The notes beneath the pieces are model-generated. The model saw only the letters and a list, made by a program, of their open reading frames with translations. It made no database searches and was not told where the DNA came from. 64,000 bases of DNA, taken from NCBI GenBank assembly GCA_965248265.1, contig CBDFJF010000002.1, forward strand, positions 192,001-256,000, in the 5' to 3' direction. The DNA comes from Candidatus Latescibacterota bacterium (lineage in GTDB: Bacteria > Latescibacterota > UBA2968 > UBA8231). Of this stretch, positions 1 through 11,400 are shown in pieces. A program made the position numbers and the translations under genes. Position 1 is the stretch's first letter; the number at the start of each line of letters is the position of its first letter.

Positions 1-1
1 C

Positions 2-499
2 GGTACGACGGGCGGCGCTTCATACTGGGACTTGATGGTACCCAAAGGCAGCAAGGGCGATCAGGGGGACCAAGGACTGCAGGGCATTCAAGGGCTGCCC
101 GGGCTGCCAGGGCCGTCCGGGTCCAAAGGCGACAAAGGCGAGCGCGGATCGCAAGGCATTCAGGGTTTCCCCGGGACGTCCGGATCCAAAGGCGATAAAG
201 GAGACCGTGGGCTGCGCGGACTGCAAGGTATTCAAGGTTTCCCCGGAGCGTCCGGGTCCAAAGGCGACAAAGGCGATAAAGGAAACCGCGGATCGCAGGG
301 CATTCAAGGTTTCCCCGGAGCGTCTGGGTCCAAAGGCGACAAAGGCGACCGCGGATTGCGGGGCATTCAAGGGCTGCCCGGGCCGCGCGGGTCCAAAGGC
401 GACAAAGGCGACAAGGGCGACAAGGGTGATACGCCGAGCCTCACCTCCATCTGGAGCGAGATCAATCTGCTCAAAGCCCGGGTCAGCGCACTGGAGTAA
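2..499 (+). CDS. Collagen-like (Gly-X-Y) protein, 3' part, with short C-terminal coiled coil
   Basis: Frame is open from the window start ([16 protein letters not shown]). It has uninterrupted G-X-Y triplets ([19 protein letters not shown] repeats) and ends [16 protein letters not shown]. Confidence 0.9.
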   Translation, partial: GTTGGASYWDLMVPKGSKGDQGDQGLQGIQGLPGLPGPSGSKGDKGERGSQGIQGFPGTSGSKGDKGDRGLRGLQGIQGFPGASGSKGDKGDKGNRGSQGIQGFPGASGSKGDKGDRGLRGIQGLPGPRGSKGDKGDKGDKGDTPSLTSIWSEINLLKARVSALE

Positions 500-599
500 A
501 GAGCCGCGCCCGTCTATCCACCGTCCCGATTGCTGACACTCGCGCGTGCCGTAATCGCTACTTCTTGGCATTGGCTTCGCACTGAAGGTTTTTGGATTC

Positions 600-882
600 A
601 TCCGATGAACAAGGGCGTGCGGCTGCACGACTGTCACTTGATCTCCAGCGGCAGAATGAGGCCGGTCTCCTCGCCTGCTTTCGGCTTCGCCGCTCCCAAA
701 CCGAGCATTCCGGGGGATGTTGGGCCATAGATACCGGTGTCCATGGAACCGACGCGCAGAGAGCGAGCGGCCAGGGTGACGGTGATATCGGCGGTGATTG
801 TCGACTTACCGACACCGCACTTGCCGTTGGATATCAGCCCACGTATCTTCGATGTCGCGATATGGGACTGCGACGACGCCAA
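600..882 (-). pseudogene. mrp: Degenerate Mrp/NBP35 (ApbC) ATPase fragment
   Basis: NGKCGVGKSTITADITVTLAARSLRVGSMDTGIYGPTSPGMLG resembles Mrp SGKGGVGKST...DADIYGPSIPxMLG, with an early stop. Confidence 0.7.
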
Positions 883-1148
883 TGGAAGTGTTGAAAGAAT
901 TCTCTCCTGGGCAGGGGGAGGTACTTCGGAACATCTCCGTGGCGAGATGGTTGTCGAGAGTTCATGTCGGCGCCAACCTGACTCATGACCGGTAATCTTG
1001 ATGCGTCGCGATGTAGACGCTATTTATACAGACGCTATTTTCCCGTGACTGCGCAGGATGGGATTCTCCTTGAAGCACCTTTAGGGACGTTGCCGCCTTA
1101 AGGGTTGGGGGGCCGGCTCGGCGCTCAAAAGGAAGAGCAGGAATCAAC

Positions 1149-2042
1149 ATGGCGAGGAAGCAGCTTGACCTGTTGCCGGCGGTTGTGACTTGGTTCGCAT
1201 TATCGAGCCAGCTGCTGGCTGAGGATGGCTTCTACTGGGGTACCGACCTCGGGCCGTCGACGGCTCCTGGTCTCGACCTGGTCGCTACGGACAACGACTG
1301 GAGCACCAAGTGCGACAGAATCTCCAATCCCACTCAGGCCGAGACCGGTGATGACTGTGCCACGGCGCCGCCGCCCTCTGCGTGGGTACATACGGTGAAC
1401 GGAGGCCGGGGGATGCTGACCGGCATCGCCCTGGGATATCGCCGCGGCAACCTGAGAGTTGAAGGGGAGTATTCCCATCGAACTACGACCTACGGCGACT
1501 ACTCCCAGACGCGCATCGGCGACGTGGTGACGCTTGCCAAGGCCGACCAGGAGCTCGAAATCGTCGATGGCGGCGTCGATGACCTGTTGTCACACGACTT
1601 GTTCGCCAACCTGAGTTACGACTTTGTCTTAAATTCCCGGCTTGTCCCGTACGCCGGTGTCGGGATAGGCAGTGCTCGGGTGTGGCTGGACTTCTTCAGC
1701 CGGTGGACGCGGAACGACGATCCGGAACAGATCCAGACGTTCAAGGATCCCATGCTGAGGGCGCAGATCGCCGGCACCACCACGATCGGCAAGGCCAGGC
1801 TCTCCGACACCGTGACCGGCTATCGGCTGTTCGCCGGTGTGGACTATCAGGCCAGCGATCCCTTCAGGGTGGGCCTCGAGATCGGGTGGGTGAAGTTCGG
1901 TGACTTCGAGGGGGAAGCGGAGTGGCTCCAGCTCCGCAGCCACGAATCCTCGGTCGGCCGCGGTGCGCGGATTCGATACCGAGTGATGACGGATGGCCTC
2001 TCCTCCTTGGGGATCAGCCTCAATCTGAAGCACCGCCTCTGA
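1149..2042 (+). CDS. Outer-membrane beta-barrel protein (opacity/OmpA-transmembrane-like)
   Basis: Signal peptide, FYWGTDLG start, ALGYRRGNLRVEGEY, LVPYAGVGIG and a terminal amphipathic strand. Confidence 0.8.
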   Translation: MARKQLDLLPAVVTWFALSSQLLAEDGFYWGTDLGPSTAPGLDLVATDNDWSTKCDRISNPTQAETGDDCATAPPPSAWVHTVNGGRGMLTGIALGYRRGNLRVEGEYSHRTTTYGDYSQTRIGDVVTLAKADQELEIVDGGVDDLLSHDLFANLSYDFVLNSRLVPYAGVGIGSARVWLDFFSRWTRNDDPEQIQTFKDPMLRAQIAGTTTIGKARLSDTVTGYRLFAGVDYQASDPFRVGLEIGWVKFGDFEGEAEWLQLRSHESSVGRGARIRYRVMTDGLSSLGISLNLKHRL

Positions 2043-2182
2043 TGTGCGTGATGCTCAAGGAGTTCCCAGCCTCCTTACCCACAGAAGAGTTAGGCAGGCA
2101 GGATCAGGAAAACCGGATATACCCATACGACGTGCGAAAATTAATGCATATCCTTCAGCAGCCCCCAAGATACGCGCGGGTT

Positions 2183-2310
2183 TGATCATCTCCAGCGGCC
2201 CTGTAGAGGCCGCCGCCAAGACCATCGTCGGCCACCGACTTAAACGCAGCGGCATGCGATGGACGCGACAGGGAGGCCAGCAGATCCTCAACCTACGAGT
2301 CCACGTTTGA
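2183..2310 (+). pseudogene. C-terminal fragment of an ISKra4/ISLre2-like transposase
   Basis: IISSGPVEAAAKTIVGHRLKRSGMRWTRQGGQQILNLR matches the GSGxxE...RLKxSGMRW motif. Confidence 0.75.
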
Positions 2311-2340
2311 TCGAAACGATGGGATGCTTTCTGGAAAATC

Positions 2341-2982
2341 ATGAGAACCTTTTCGATTTTTGTTTTGCTCGTTGCTTCACCAACGCTCCAGGCCCAAGAG
2401 CGACTGGACTACTGGCCGTTAGATGTAGGGAACAGGTGGGTCTACAGCCACAATTGGAATGACGGTGATGATGATCTGCACGAGGAGATCACGATAGAGG
2501 TTCTTACACTGACTGAAATCCAAGGACAAATATACTCCGAGTTAAGTAATGGACAGCTGTTACGAAAAGATGAGATAGGCAATATATGGGCGCTTGTCGG
2601 GAACGAAGAATTCTTGGTTTTTGACCTGAGCAACCTAGATGATCCGGATTATGACATCTCGCTCGCTTACATTGCGTTTCCTCCAGTCAATTCTCTCGTG
2701 CCGACCTATTTCCCGACAAGAGGTACAAGAGCAAATGACAAGGGAGAGCTATATACGATAACATTGTCGATCGGAATATTTCCAACCATTTGCTTCACAA
2801 CAGGAGAGCTCAGTGCAGTAAGGAGAGTGTGCCTTGCTGAGAACGTTGGGCCCGTGCTATCGACACGTTCAACCGACCTGCCGGGCAGATTTAACCTCTA
2901 TGAATTGGTGCAATATCGGATAGGGGGGAACATGCATCCCACTGTGTTGAAAAAGGCTTCTTGGGCAGAGATCAAACAGTGA
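2341..2982 (+). CDS. Secreted hypothetical protein with YxPLxxGNxWxY domain and C-terminal SWAEIK motif
   Basis: Signal peptide (…LQA-QE), YWPLDVGNRWVY, ends KKASWAEIKQ; lower GC than its flanks. Confidence 0.75.
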   Translation: MRTFSIFVLLVASPTLQAQERLDYWPLDVGNRWVYSHNWNDGDDDLHEEITIEVLTLTEIQGQIYSELSNGQLLRKDEIGNIWALVGNEEFLVFDLSNLDDPDYDISLAYIAFPPVNSLVPTYFPTRGTRANDKGELYTITLSIGIFPTICFTTGELSAVRRVCLAENVGPVLSTRSTDLPGRFNLYELVQYRIGGNMHPTVLKKASWAEIKQ

Positions 2983-3008
2983 GTCAAACACCATTTGGAG
3001 GTGAGAAG

Positions 3009-3246
3009 ATGAAACGGATTGTAGCACTGATCAATTACGCGATTTTGGTCGCAATGCTAGCGAGCGGCATGGCCTCGGCCTACACCATCGACACAGGACA
3101 TATTGATTTCAGACAGCCCAACAACGTGATATTCAAGGGGCGACAGTGGGGATCGGGTTTCAATATACACCAACAAACACATGATGGGTACGAGTTCATG
3201 AAGGGTCGAGGTGGGTACTATTACTATGCGAAGTTGGACGAACGGA
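3009..3246 (+). pseudogene. Truncated secreted protein resembling an M6 (immune inhibitor A-like) metalloprotease N-terminus, cut by an IS21 end
   Basis: Signal peptide plus FRQPNNVIFKGRQWG...THDGYEF...GGYYYYAKLD; the frame runs into IS21-like terminal repeats. Confidence 0.6.
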
Positions 3247-3503
3247 GTAAAGTGGCCACCCGTTTCGGTCTGAAAGTAGCCACTTTCTGAGGTCGGCCGA
3301 ACGGGTGGCCGGCATGTGCCGAAATGACAGCGGCGCTGGATAACCCCGCCACGGTACCTTCGCCAAAAGGAGGTGCCGAATGGCTCAGAGGAGGTTGTCC
3401 ATGCGCAAGATCCGGGAGATTCTTCGCCTTAAACACGAGGCCGGTCTCACCAACCGCCAGATCGCCCAGAGCTGCGGCCGCTCTCGCAGCACCATCGCCA
3501 ACC
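3247..3503 (+). mobile_element. istA: IS21-family left end with truncated istA
   Basis: Repeated AAAGTGGCCACC/AAAGTAGCCACT terminal motifs; MAQRRLSMRKIREILRLKHEAGLTNRQIAQSCGRSRSTIAN from 3380, which breaks at ~3503. Confidence 0.8.
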
Positions 3504-5511
3504 GTGGGCCGCGGCGATCTCCTCGGCGATTTCCGAATAGAGGATGCCGGGCGCGGGTTTCTGCCAGACCTTCTGATTCTCCTTGCCCGCCAGCTGGAAA
3601 CCCTTGTCGTAACCGTTCACGTCCCCTGTCTGAGTCGACTGGTCGTGGCGTAGGAGGGGTCTTACGGAAGGAGCGAAGGAGCTGGCTGGTTGTGGAGGGT
3701 CGCGTGGCAAGCAGTGGCGAGGTACTCGCGCACGCTGCGGCGCTGTTGCCGTAGAGTGGTACGGACGGTGAGCATGCGCTCGACGAAGCGGCTGCCCGCG
3801 GCACACTGGGTACCGAAGCTGGTGTGGCGCCAGAGGACGCCGTGACGCAGCGCCCTCTCGGCGGCGTTGTTGGTGGGTTCCACGCCAAGCTTGCTGGCGA
3901 AGGTCCACATCGCCGGTTCGACCTGCAGGAGGTTGGCGCAGGTGGTCGCCGTTTGCGGGTCAGCCAGAAACTGGCCGTACAGCAGCTCCATGTGGATGCG
4001 GTGTCGGATTCGGCTGAGATAGGTCCGGAAGCTGGACCACTCCAGGGTGCCGTCGCGGATGCGATGCCACCAGGTAAACAGCGTGTCGACCTGTTCCAGC
4101 AGGACCGTGCCGATCTTGGCGGCCTGTCCACCGCGCTCGGTGAAGACTTCGAAGGTGCGCTGCAGATGAGCCCAACACAGTTGCCGGTTGGCCACCGGCA
4201 GGTAGCGGTAGGCCGTGAAGCGGTCGGAGCCGACCACGGCCGTGGCGTTGTCGCCCAGCAGTTCCTGCGCCACGTCGCTGCCACGACTCTGCCGGATCGC
4301 GAACGTGGTGACCTCCTCGGTGGCAGCCGTCCACAGCCACGCCTTCTCGGTGCCTTCGCGCCAGCTGGTCTCATCGATGTTGATCGCCGGTTGCTCGCGC
4401 ACGTACGCTCGGGCATCCTCGACCGGCGTGGCGAGTACGTCGGACACGTGTTGCTCCAATCGGCTCACCGTGCCCAGGGACAGCTCGAGACCGAAGGCGT
4501 CGTGCAACAGCGACACGATGTTGCGCTTGCTCATCCGGTAGCTGCCCGACAGCAACCCCACCCACGCCTGAACGCTGGGGCCAAACGCGTTGCCGGGCAC
4601 ACCCTCTGGCCACTCGGCTTCGGTCAAGGTCGTACAGTGGGTGCAGCGCAGGGTGTGCATGCGATACTCGGTGACCCGCGCCTGCACCTGCGGCACCTCG
4701 ATCACCTGGTGGCGCATCGGATGTGGGTCGTCGCCCGTGAGCGGTTGCCTGCACTGACGGCAAGAGGCTGGTTTGACCGGGATCATCTCGTCGACGTGAT
4801 CCAGCGGCACCAGCGATCGTCCGTGACCTTCGTGGCCAGGCTGACCCCCGCGCGAGCGCCCCGAAGATCGCCGCTTCGACTTGCGTCCCGACATGGGCGC
4901 CGTGCCGGACTCGGACGACGGTGGGCCACCGCGCCGCCGCAGTTGTCGCTCCAACTGCTCGACCCGCTGCTCCAGCCGCTCGACTCGCTGCACGCGCTCC
5001 CACATCGCGATCACCAGCGCCTGCACTGCAACCGGCGTCTCTTGCCAATTCGCGCGGAAATGGGAAGCTCGGAAGGCTTGTTCACCAGGACTCTCAGCTC
5101 TCGGGCAACTACATGCTGCCAACTGAGCCAAAGGTACCAGTGATCGGTGGTTTCCGCTAGTCAATTGCATCGTTCCCCGGGACTGAACGGTTACCCCTTG
5201 TCGTAGGCTTTCAGGCGGATGCGCGGAGCGCCGTCTTCCGGGAAGTCGTAGTCGATGCCCTTGATCACCGCCTTCTTGCGCGGCGACAGATGGCCCACGT
5301 AGCCGAAACGGGCGACGACCTCGTGGCCCTCCTAGATGAGCGGATCGTCCACGAACCGCAGATGCCGGTCCGAGACGGACAGCTCCAGCACGTCGAGTTC
5401 CTCCTCGTTGTCCTCGAAGACGAACGAGGTGATCTCGCCGCTCAGGTCTGCCGACAACTCCCGTCCCTCGATCTGAACGAGGAACGTCGGCTGGAAGGGG
5501 TTCAGGTCCAT
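3504..5511 (-). pseudogene. Phage late control D (gpD)/baseplate-hub gene, interrupted by IS66, with internal stop and 3' truncation
   Basis: From 5511: MDLNPFQPTFLVQIEGRELSADLSGEITSFVFEDNEEELDVLEL...PLI*EGHEVVARFGYVG...KAYDKG. It resumes after the IS as DKGFQLAGKENQKVWQKPAPGILYSEIAEEIAAAHG. Confidence 0.8.
3609..5194 (-). mobile_element. IS66-family element (single long ORF, ISBst12-like), complete
   Basis: Terminal inverted repeats GTAACCGTTCA at 3609 and TGAACGGTTAC ending 5194; 8-bp target duplication CCCTTGTC at 3601-3608 and 5195-5202. The transposase has GGQPGHEG, a CxxC zinc finger, DET, CWAH and PTNNAAERALR. Confidence 0.95.
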
Positions 5512-5822
5512 GCACCGATCTCCGCTGCGACCACCGGGTGGTGGTCCTCAGCGGATACTTACCGGCGCTTGAGCGAAGGTGTCGGACGAGGGGCGTGAGT
5601 GTGGTGCCCTTGAATGAGGATGGCGGGCGTGCTGGGAAGATCTGTAGAGATGGTATATTACCGGGTCCGTCGCCAGGAGTTATCCGAATTGCGACATTCA
5701 AGGAATCCCTGGGGAGAGATCAGGCGTCATTTCAATTATCCCCCTAAACTTTGAAGAGGCAATCAGAGTATGTACCGGAAAGATGCCTGCCCCACGTGGG
5801 CGGTGTGATCTTGGAGAGAAAA

Positions 5823-7646
5823 ATGAACCGCATTCGTATGATCGTGACCTGCCTCATTTTCCTGTTCGCCCAGCTAGCACAAGCCAACGACGAAGTCGCC
5901 ATCGAGTTGCCGGGTGGGGTCCCGCTGGAGCTGGTGTGGATCGAGCCGGGCCGCTTCACCATGGGCTCCCTCGAATGGGGGGCCGAGAGAGAGGTGACGA
6001 TCTCTCAGGGCTTCTACCTCGGAAAGTACGAAATCACCCAGGAGCAGTGGCAGGCGGTCATGGGCACCGAGCCCTGGTCGTCCCTGGATGGCTCCTTTCA
6101 GGATCTGAACCATCCTGCCGTCGCCATTTCCTGGCATGATGCACAGGCCTTTGCCCAGAGACTGAACGAGCACTTTGACGAGGAAGCCTATCGCCTGCCC
6201 ACCGAAGCCGAGTGGGAGTATGCCTGCCGGGCGGGCACGACAACGCGCTGGTCCTTTGGAGATGGCGAGAGTCTGCTATCGTCCTACGCGTGGTACAGGG
6301 CCAATGCCGGGAGGCGTGTGCATCCTGTCGGCACGAAGCTGCCCAACTCTTGGGGGCTGTTCGACCTCTACGGAAACGCCTGGGAGTGGGTGCACGACCG
6401 GTATGACTTCGGCGCCCATGATGGTACGCCGCAGACGGACCCCTCGGGACCGGTAACGGGCCATGAGCACGTAGTACGAGGTGGAGGCATCCACGATTTC
6501 GCTGAAACAACGGAGCATAATTCCCGCCGTTCTGTCTCCTCAACGGGTAGCGGTCACGAGATCGGTGCACGTCTTCTCAAGGGTGCCCCTCTTACCCCCC
6601 TAGACCCCGAGCGTTCGTCTTATCCCCAGGATCGTTCCAGTCTGTTCTTACCGCTCCACGAGGGGAATATCTGGATCATGCGATCCCATCTCTTCGGGCA
6701 CGGCCCGCCCCAAGTGGATACCACGGCCTTTGTATTGCAAAGTGAGATCATTGAGGGTGAGCAGTACTGGCGGGGTCTGAGGCTAGGGCCGATCGAAGGA
6801 CTATTCCGCGTGGACGAGAACGGCAATATCTGGACAGAACAGGTAAGAAGACTCTCGCAATGGGACCTGTACGACTTCCTGCAGGGTCTGGACGATAATC
6901 CCGAATTGCGGGAGTCTCAGTATTTCCAACAGTCCTCTCTCTTTAAACACCTAGATTCCGAAAGTAAGGACCGGCTGTTCTACGACTTCGATGATGTCAC
7001 CATCGATCCAAACTCACCTACCCTCGATTTGGATCGTGAGGTTTCCAATCTCTATTTAGAATCAATCACAAGGTCAGGGGGCGCATTCGTAATGAAGAAT
7101 CCAGATCCTGGCCCCGATCAACGGTCTTTCCGTTTCGTTTGTTGTGGCAGCGAGGCGTCTTCAGGCGAGATTGTCTTTCAACGCGGTCTCGGCCCCGTTA
7201 GAACTACGTGGTGGAGTTCCTTCAACCCCAGTCGACAGACGAACATAACCCTGCTCTGGGTGCGTATCGATGGCAAAGGATACGGCGTGCATCCCGGACC
7301 CCGCTACCCTGGATACCGCGACCCGGAGACAGTGGTCACGACCTCCGACCCGACGCATGCCCGCCCCTCCGCCAGTGGCTTGGAGCCCAACTATCCCAAT
7401 CCCTTCAACGCCAGCACCCGGATTCCCTACCGCGTGGCCACGCCCGGACCGGTGCGGCTGGCGATCTATAATGCCCTGGGCCAGCCGGTGCGCACCCTGG
7501 TGGATCAGGTTCTCGCCGTCGGTGTGTACCAAGCCCGCTGGGATGCCCGCGACCAGGAGGAGACCGGGGTGGCGGCGGGGGTCTATTTCACCCGCCTGCA
7601 CTACCCCGGCGGAGTACAAACCCGGCGGTTGCTCTCCCTCAAGTAG
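5823..7646 (+). CDS. Secreted FGE-sulfatase (SUMF1/EgtB/PvdO) domain protein with C-terminal FlgD-Ig (T9SS-CTD-like) domain
   Basis: Signal peptide; RLPTEAEWEYACRAG and NSWGLFDLYGNAWEW; C-terminal NYPNPFNAST...IYNALGQPVRTLV...WDARD...GVYF. Confidence 0.9.
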   Translation: MNRIRMIVTCLIFLFAQLAQANDEVAIELPGGVPLELVWIEPGRFTMGSLEWGAEREVTISQGFYLGKYEITQEQWQAVMGTEPWSSLDGSFQDLNHPAVAISWHDAQAFAQRLNEHFDEEAYRLPTEAEWEYACRAGTTTRWSFGDGESLLSSYAWYRANAGRRVHPVGTKLPNSWGLFDLYGNAWEWVHDRYDFGAHDGTPQTDPSGPVTGHEHVVRGGGIHDFAETTEHNSRRSVSSTGSGHEIGARLLKGAPLTPLDPERSSYPQDRSSLFLPLHEGNIWIMRSHLFGHGPPQVDTTAFVLQSEIIEGEQYWRGLRLGPIEGLFRVDENGNIWTEQVRRLSQWDLYDFLQGLDDNPELRESQYFQQSSLFKHLDSESKDRLFYDFDDVTIDPNSPTLDLDREVSNLYLESITRSGGAFVMKNPDPGPDQRSFRFVCCGSEASSGEIVFQRGLGPVRTTWWSSFNPSRQTNITLLWVRIDGKGYGVHPGPRYPGYRDPETVVTTSDPTHARPSASGLEPNYPNPFNASTRIPYRVATPGPVRLAIYNALGQPVRTLVDQVLAVGVYQARWDARDQEETGVAAGVYFTRLHYPGGVQTRRLLSLK

Positions 7647-7662
7647 TGTGCCGGAAGCGCGC

Positions 7663-7941
7663 TCATCCGATCAGGCGCATGCTCGTGTGCTCCACCGATG
7701 GAATGCGCAGGACGGTCCCCCGCTCCAGCTCCAGTGCGTTGTAGTCGCACAGGACCCACCACAGCTCGGCCTGTCCCAGATAGCGTGCTGCGAGCAGGTC
7801 CACGCGGTCCCCTGTCACCACCGTATGGAAGCGGTCGCCTGGCCGGGGCGAAGTATCGAGCCGATGCCGCGCACCCAGGAACGCTTCCTCCCGACCGGTG
7901 AAGAGTACGGCGGAGGCATATCGGGAACGACGCCCGATCAT
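7663..7941 (-). CDS. Phage tail protein X / LysM-like baseplate protein
   Basis: HTVVTGDRVDLLAARYLGQAELWWVLCDYN...GTVLRIPS; ATGA overlap with the upstream gene. Confidence 0.85.
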   Translation of the reverse strand: MIGRRSRYASAVLFTGREEAFLGARHRLDTSPRPGDRFHTVVTGDRVDLLAARYLGQAELWWVLCDYNALELERGTVLRIPSVEHTSMRLIG

Positions 7942-8474
7942 CCCCGTACTTCCGTGTACTGTACCGACTCCTCGATGTATTCCTCCAGGAGCACTTCCAC
8001 CTCGGCGTGTTGGGGCCGGAGGGTGTCGCGGTCGAACAGATGGAAGAAGCGGGCCGTGACTTGGCGGACGACGCACATCACCCCTGGATAGAGATCCCCG
8101 AACAGAAACAGCACCCGGTGCGGCGCGCTCTTGAGCCTCTTCCCGTCGTGTTCGGGATACAGCAGCGAGCGCAGCCAGTCGACCGACTCTTTGACCGGTC
8201 CCTTGAAGAACAGCAGCTGGAAGCGGATCTTGCGCGGCTCCCCGGCCACGTACTGGTAGCGGGGATGGCTCAGGCCGGGGATCTTGATGGCGGCATAGGC
8301 CGTGCTCTTCTCGTCGACGATGTCGTTGGGGTTGTGTTGGAACTCCAGCCGCTGACCTGTTTCCACGTCCACCAGGTGCTCGGTGATGGCCTTTTTGTCC
8401 CAGGCCCCCGTCCGACTTGCTTGATTGGGACCCCCTTCCGTCGCGTGAATCTCGGTTTCAACTTCATGCCTCAT
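7938..8474 (-). CDS. Contractile tail tube-initiator / CIS tube-like protein (start uncertain)
   Basis: LEFQHNPNDI...IPGLSHPRYQYVAGEPRKIRFQLLF...APHRVLFLFG...CVVRQV; lies between the tape measure and LysM genes. Confidence 0.8.
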   Translation of the reverse strand: MRHEVETEIHATEGGPNQASRTGAWDKKAITEHLVDVETGQRLEFQHNPNDIVDEKSTAYAAIKIPGLSHPRYQYVAGEPRKIRFQLLFFKGPVKESVDWLRSLLYPEHDGKRLKSAPHRVLFLFGDLYPGVMCVVRQVTARFFHLFDRDTLRPQHAEVEVLLEEYIEESVQYTEVRG

Positions 8475-11400
8475 AGCGTCTCGTAGTTCTTGATCTTGCG
8501 CTCGCGGATGTCCCGGTACACCGACTGGGCAACCTGCCGGCCATCCAGGAGTGTGGTGACGGACACGTCGATGGGTCGATCGGCCAGGGCGTCGAGTTTG
8601 CCGAGCAGGGCATCCAGGATCGTCCGCAAGTCTCCAACGGAATCGTGGGACGTACCCGTGTCCCCTGGCCTGAGCGCGCCTCGGGTCTCGGCCAGCAGGC
8701 GGGACGCTTCGGGGGCCGCGGCCGAGCCGGTGGCCAGGACGGGGGGTTCCGGCCCCAGCAGCGGCATTCCGGGTTGGGACCTCTCGTCCGCGACCACAGG
8801 CGTGAGCGCCAGGGTGCCGGTGAGCAGAGCTGGCGCGGCGATTCTTCCCACTCCTTGGTTTATCGAGGCGAGGGCACCAGCAAGGGGTTGGCCCAGGACG
8901 GTCGCGGCTTGGGCCATGCCTCCCGCCAGCTTTTCCAGCAGGGTCGATCCGCCACCGGCGGTCTTCACCCGGTTCCATGCGGTCGCTGCGGCTATGGCGA
9001 GTCCCCGGAAGGGCGCCTCCATCCATGCTCCCGCGCTCCGCGACATGGTTCGAAGGCGGCTCCATGCTCCAGAGGTCGCCGTGGTGATCCGGTCCCAGAC
9101 ACTGGATGCGGCGTCGGCGATCCCGTGAAACGGCGTCGCCACGGCGTCCACCGTCGAAGCACTGATAGAGGGGAGCTGGTGCCATCCTGCGCGCACCGCA
9201 CCGAGCATGCCGTCGAGGGCCTAATCGAGGACCGTAGCGGGTAATGCCAGTACGCCCGCCATCCCCTGGGCGAGTGTTTGGAGAATCGCGGCCCCCGAAG
9301 CCGTCAGGTTGGATAGGGGTCCGGTTTCCGCGTCGGAGAACGGCAGCAGCGATCTGAGCTTGCCGAGCGCCTGCTTGAGCGATTCTAAGGGATAGCTCGA
9401 GGCCGCGGCGATGCCTTGGCCGAGGCTCTCAAGAAAGCGCCGGCCCGCCTGGAAGAAGGCTGTGTCGCTAAAGAGGAAATCCCTGGCCGCCGAGAACGCC
9501 TCTTGCAGCGTCCTCACCAACGGCAGGTCTCTGAACACCCCGACCAGGGTGGCCGCGGTCGATTGAACGATCCCACCAAAGGTCGAGAACAGCCCTGGTA
9601 GAACACCCCAGACGCTGGCGATCCCCTCCCGAGCCCGTAGAAAGGGTGTGGCCAGCAAGTCCACCACGGCGCCTTGGATGGACCTCAGCCCGTCGAGCAC
9701 CCAGCGGTCGCCGGCGAGCGCCCGCCAGCGCGCCTGTGCGGCCCGACCGGTCCTGGCCATGGCGGACGCTACTCCCGCAGCCAACCCCTCGAAGGGCACC
9801 CTCATCCCCGCTCCGGACCGTTGCGCCGTGGACTGCAGATCGATCCATGCTCCAGCGGTCATTGTGGCCGCCCGGCTCCAGGCCGCGGACGCTGCCTCGG
9901 CGATCCGCCCAAATGGCGCGATCACCGCGCCCACGGCAGATGTGGCCAGCGATTGCAGGCCCTGCCATCCTTGCGCCGCCGTGGCCAGGAGCCGGACGAA
10001 AGCGCGGGAGAGGGCCACACGGGGCGCTCCCAGCACGCCGGTCATCCCCTGGGCGAAGGTTTGAAGAATTGCCGAGCCGGAAGCTGTCAGGTCGGGTAGC
10101 CCCCCGAGCCTGGCCAGCGCCTCTTTTGTCACCTCGAAGGGATAGCTGGCGACCGACCGGATGCCCTGGCCGAGGCTCACGAACAGGTGCCTGCCCGCCT
10201 CGAAGAAGGGGGCGCCGGTGAGGAAACGACCCACCGCCCCGACCAAGTTCCTCACCGTCTGCACCAGCGACCCGTCCCGGAACACCCCGACCAGGCTATC
10301 CGCAGCAGCTTGAGCGAACCGCCCGACAGCAGACAAGGCCCCTGGAAGCACACCCGAGATGCTGGCGATCCCCTCCCGGACCCGCTGAAACGGCGTGGCA
10401 AGAAAACCCTCCACGGCGCCGCCGATGATCTTGAGTCCGAGCACGACGCGGTCTCCTGCGAACCCCTGGGCGAACCCCTGGGCCAGCGCCTGCCCAAGGC
10501 CGCCGGCGACCTGCGCTATCGTATTCGCGGCAGATCGTGCCGCGGCGGCCAACGCCTCGAAGGGCGCCGTCACCCACGCACCTGCTCGCTGGGCACGGGC
10601 TTGCAGACCCTCCCATGCGGCGGTGCCTGCGCGGGCGCCTCGGCTCCAGGCCTCAGTCGCCGCCTCGGCCATCCCCTGAAACGGCGCTGTCAGGGCCACC
10701 AGGGCCGCGCCCAGCGCGCCGGTCATCCCCTGGGCAAGTGTTTGGAGAATCGCCGCGCCGGAGACCGTCAAGTTGGAAAGCGGTCCCGTCGCCGCGTCGG
10801 AGAAGGGCAGCAGGGCCCGCAACCGTGCCAGCGCCTGCCGGAGCAGTTCGAAGGGATAGGTCACGGCCGACCGGATGCCTTTGCCGAGGGCGACCAGGAT
10901 GCGCCGACCCGCCTCGAAAAACGTCGTGTCGCCAGAGAGGAAGCTACGGACCGCGGCGAACACGTCCGTAAGCGTGCTCACCAGCGCCCGGTCTTGGAAC
11001 CCATTGAGCATGGCGGCCCTCACCGATTGCAGGGACCGACCGACGTCGAAGAACCCGGTCCGGAGCACGCTCCAGACGCCGGCGATCCCGTCTCGCGCCC
11101 GCTGCAGCGGCGTTGCCAGTGCATCTACGACACCGCCGGCGAGGGCCTTCAGCCAATCGAGCACGGAGCGGCCGCCTGCCAACCCCTGGGCCAGCGCCTG
11201 CCAGAGCACGTCCGCGGCCTGCGCTACCCTGCCAAAGCCGGAGGATGCTGTTGTGGTCAACCCCTCGAAGGGCGCCTTGATCAAAACCCCCGCCCGCTGA
11301 GCCCTGGCTTGGAGCCCGTCCCATGTAGCGGTTGCGCTGCGCGTAACCCGGCTCCAGGCCGCGGACGCCGCCTCGGTCATCCCCTGAAACGGCGCTGTGA

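Noticed and set aside
3662-5701. 679-aa IS66 transposase with a long N-terminal extension
   Set aside because: The IS ends at 5194 (IR plus target duplication); the extension is an alternate frame of the gpD remnant.
6470-6580. FGE-sulfatase (C-type lectin fold) as a diversity-generating retroelement target
   Set aside because: No template repeat, AAC-rich copy or reverse transcriptase in the window, and the domain is not C-terminal.
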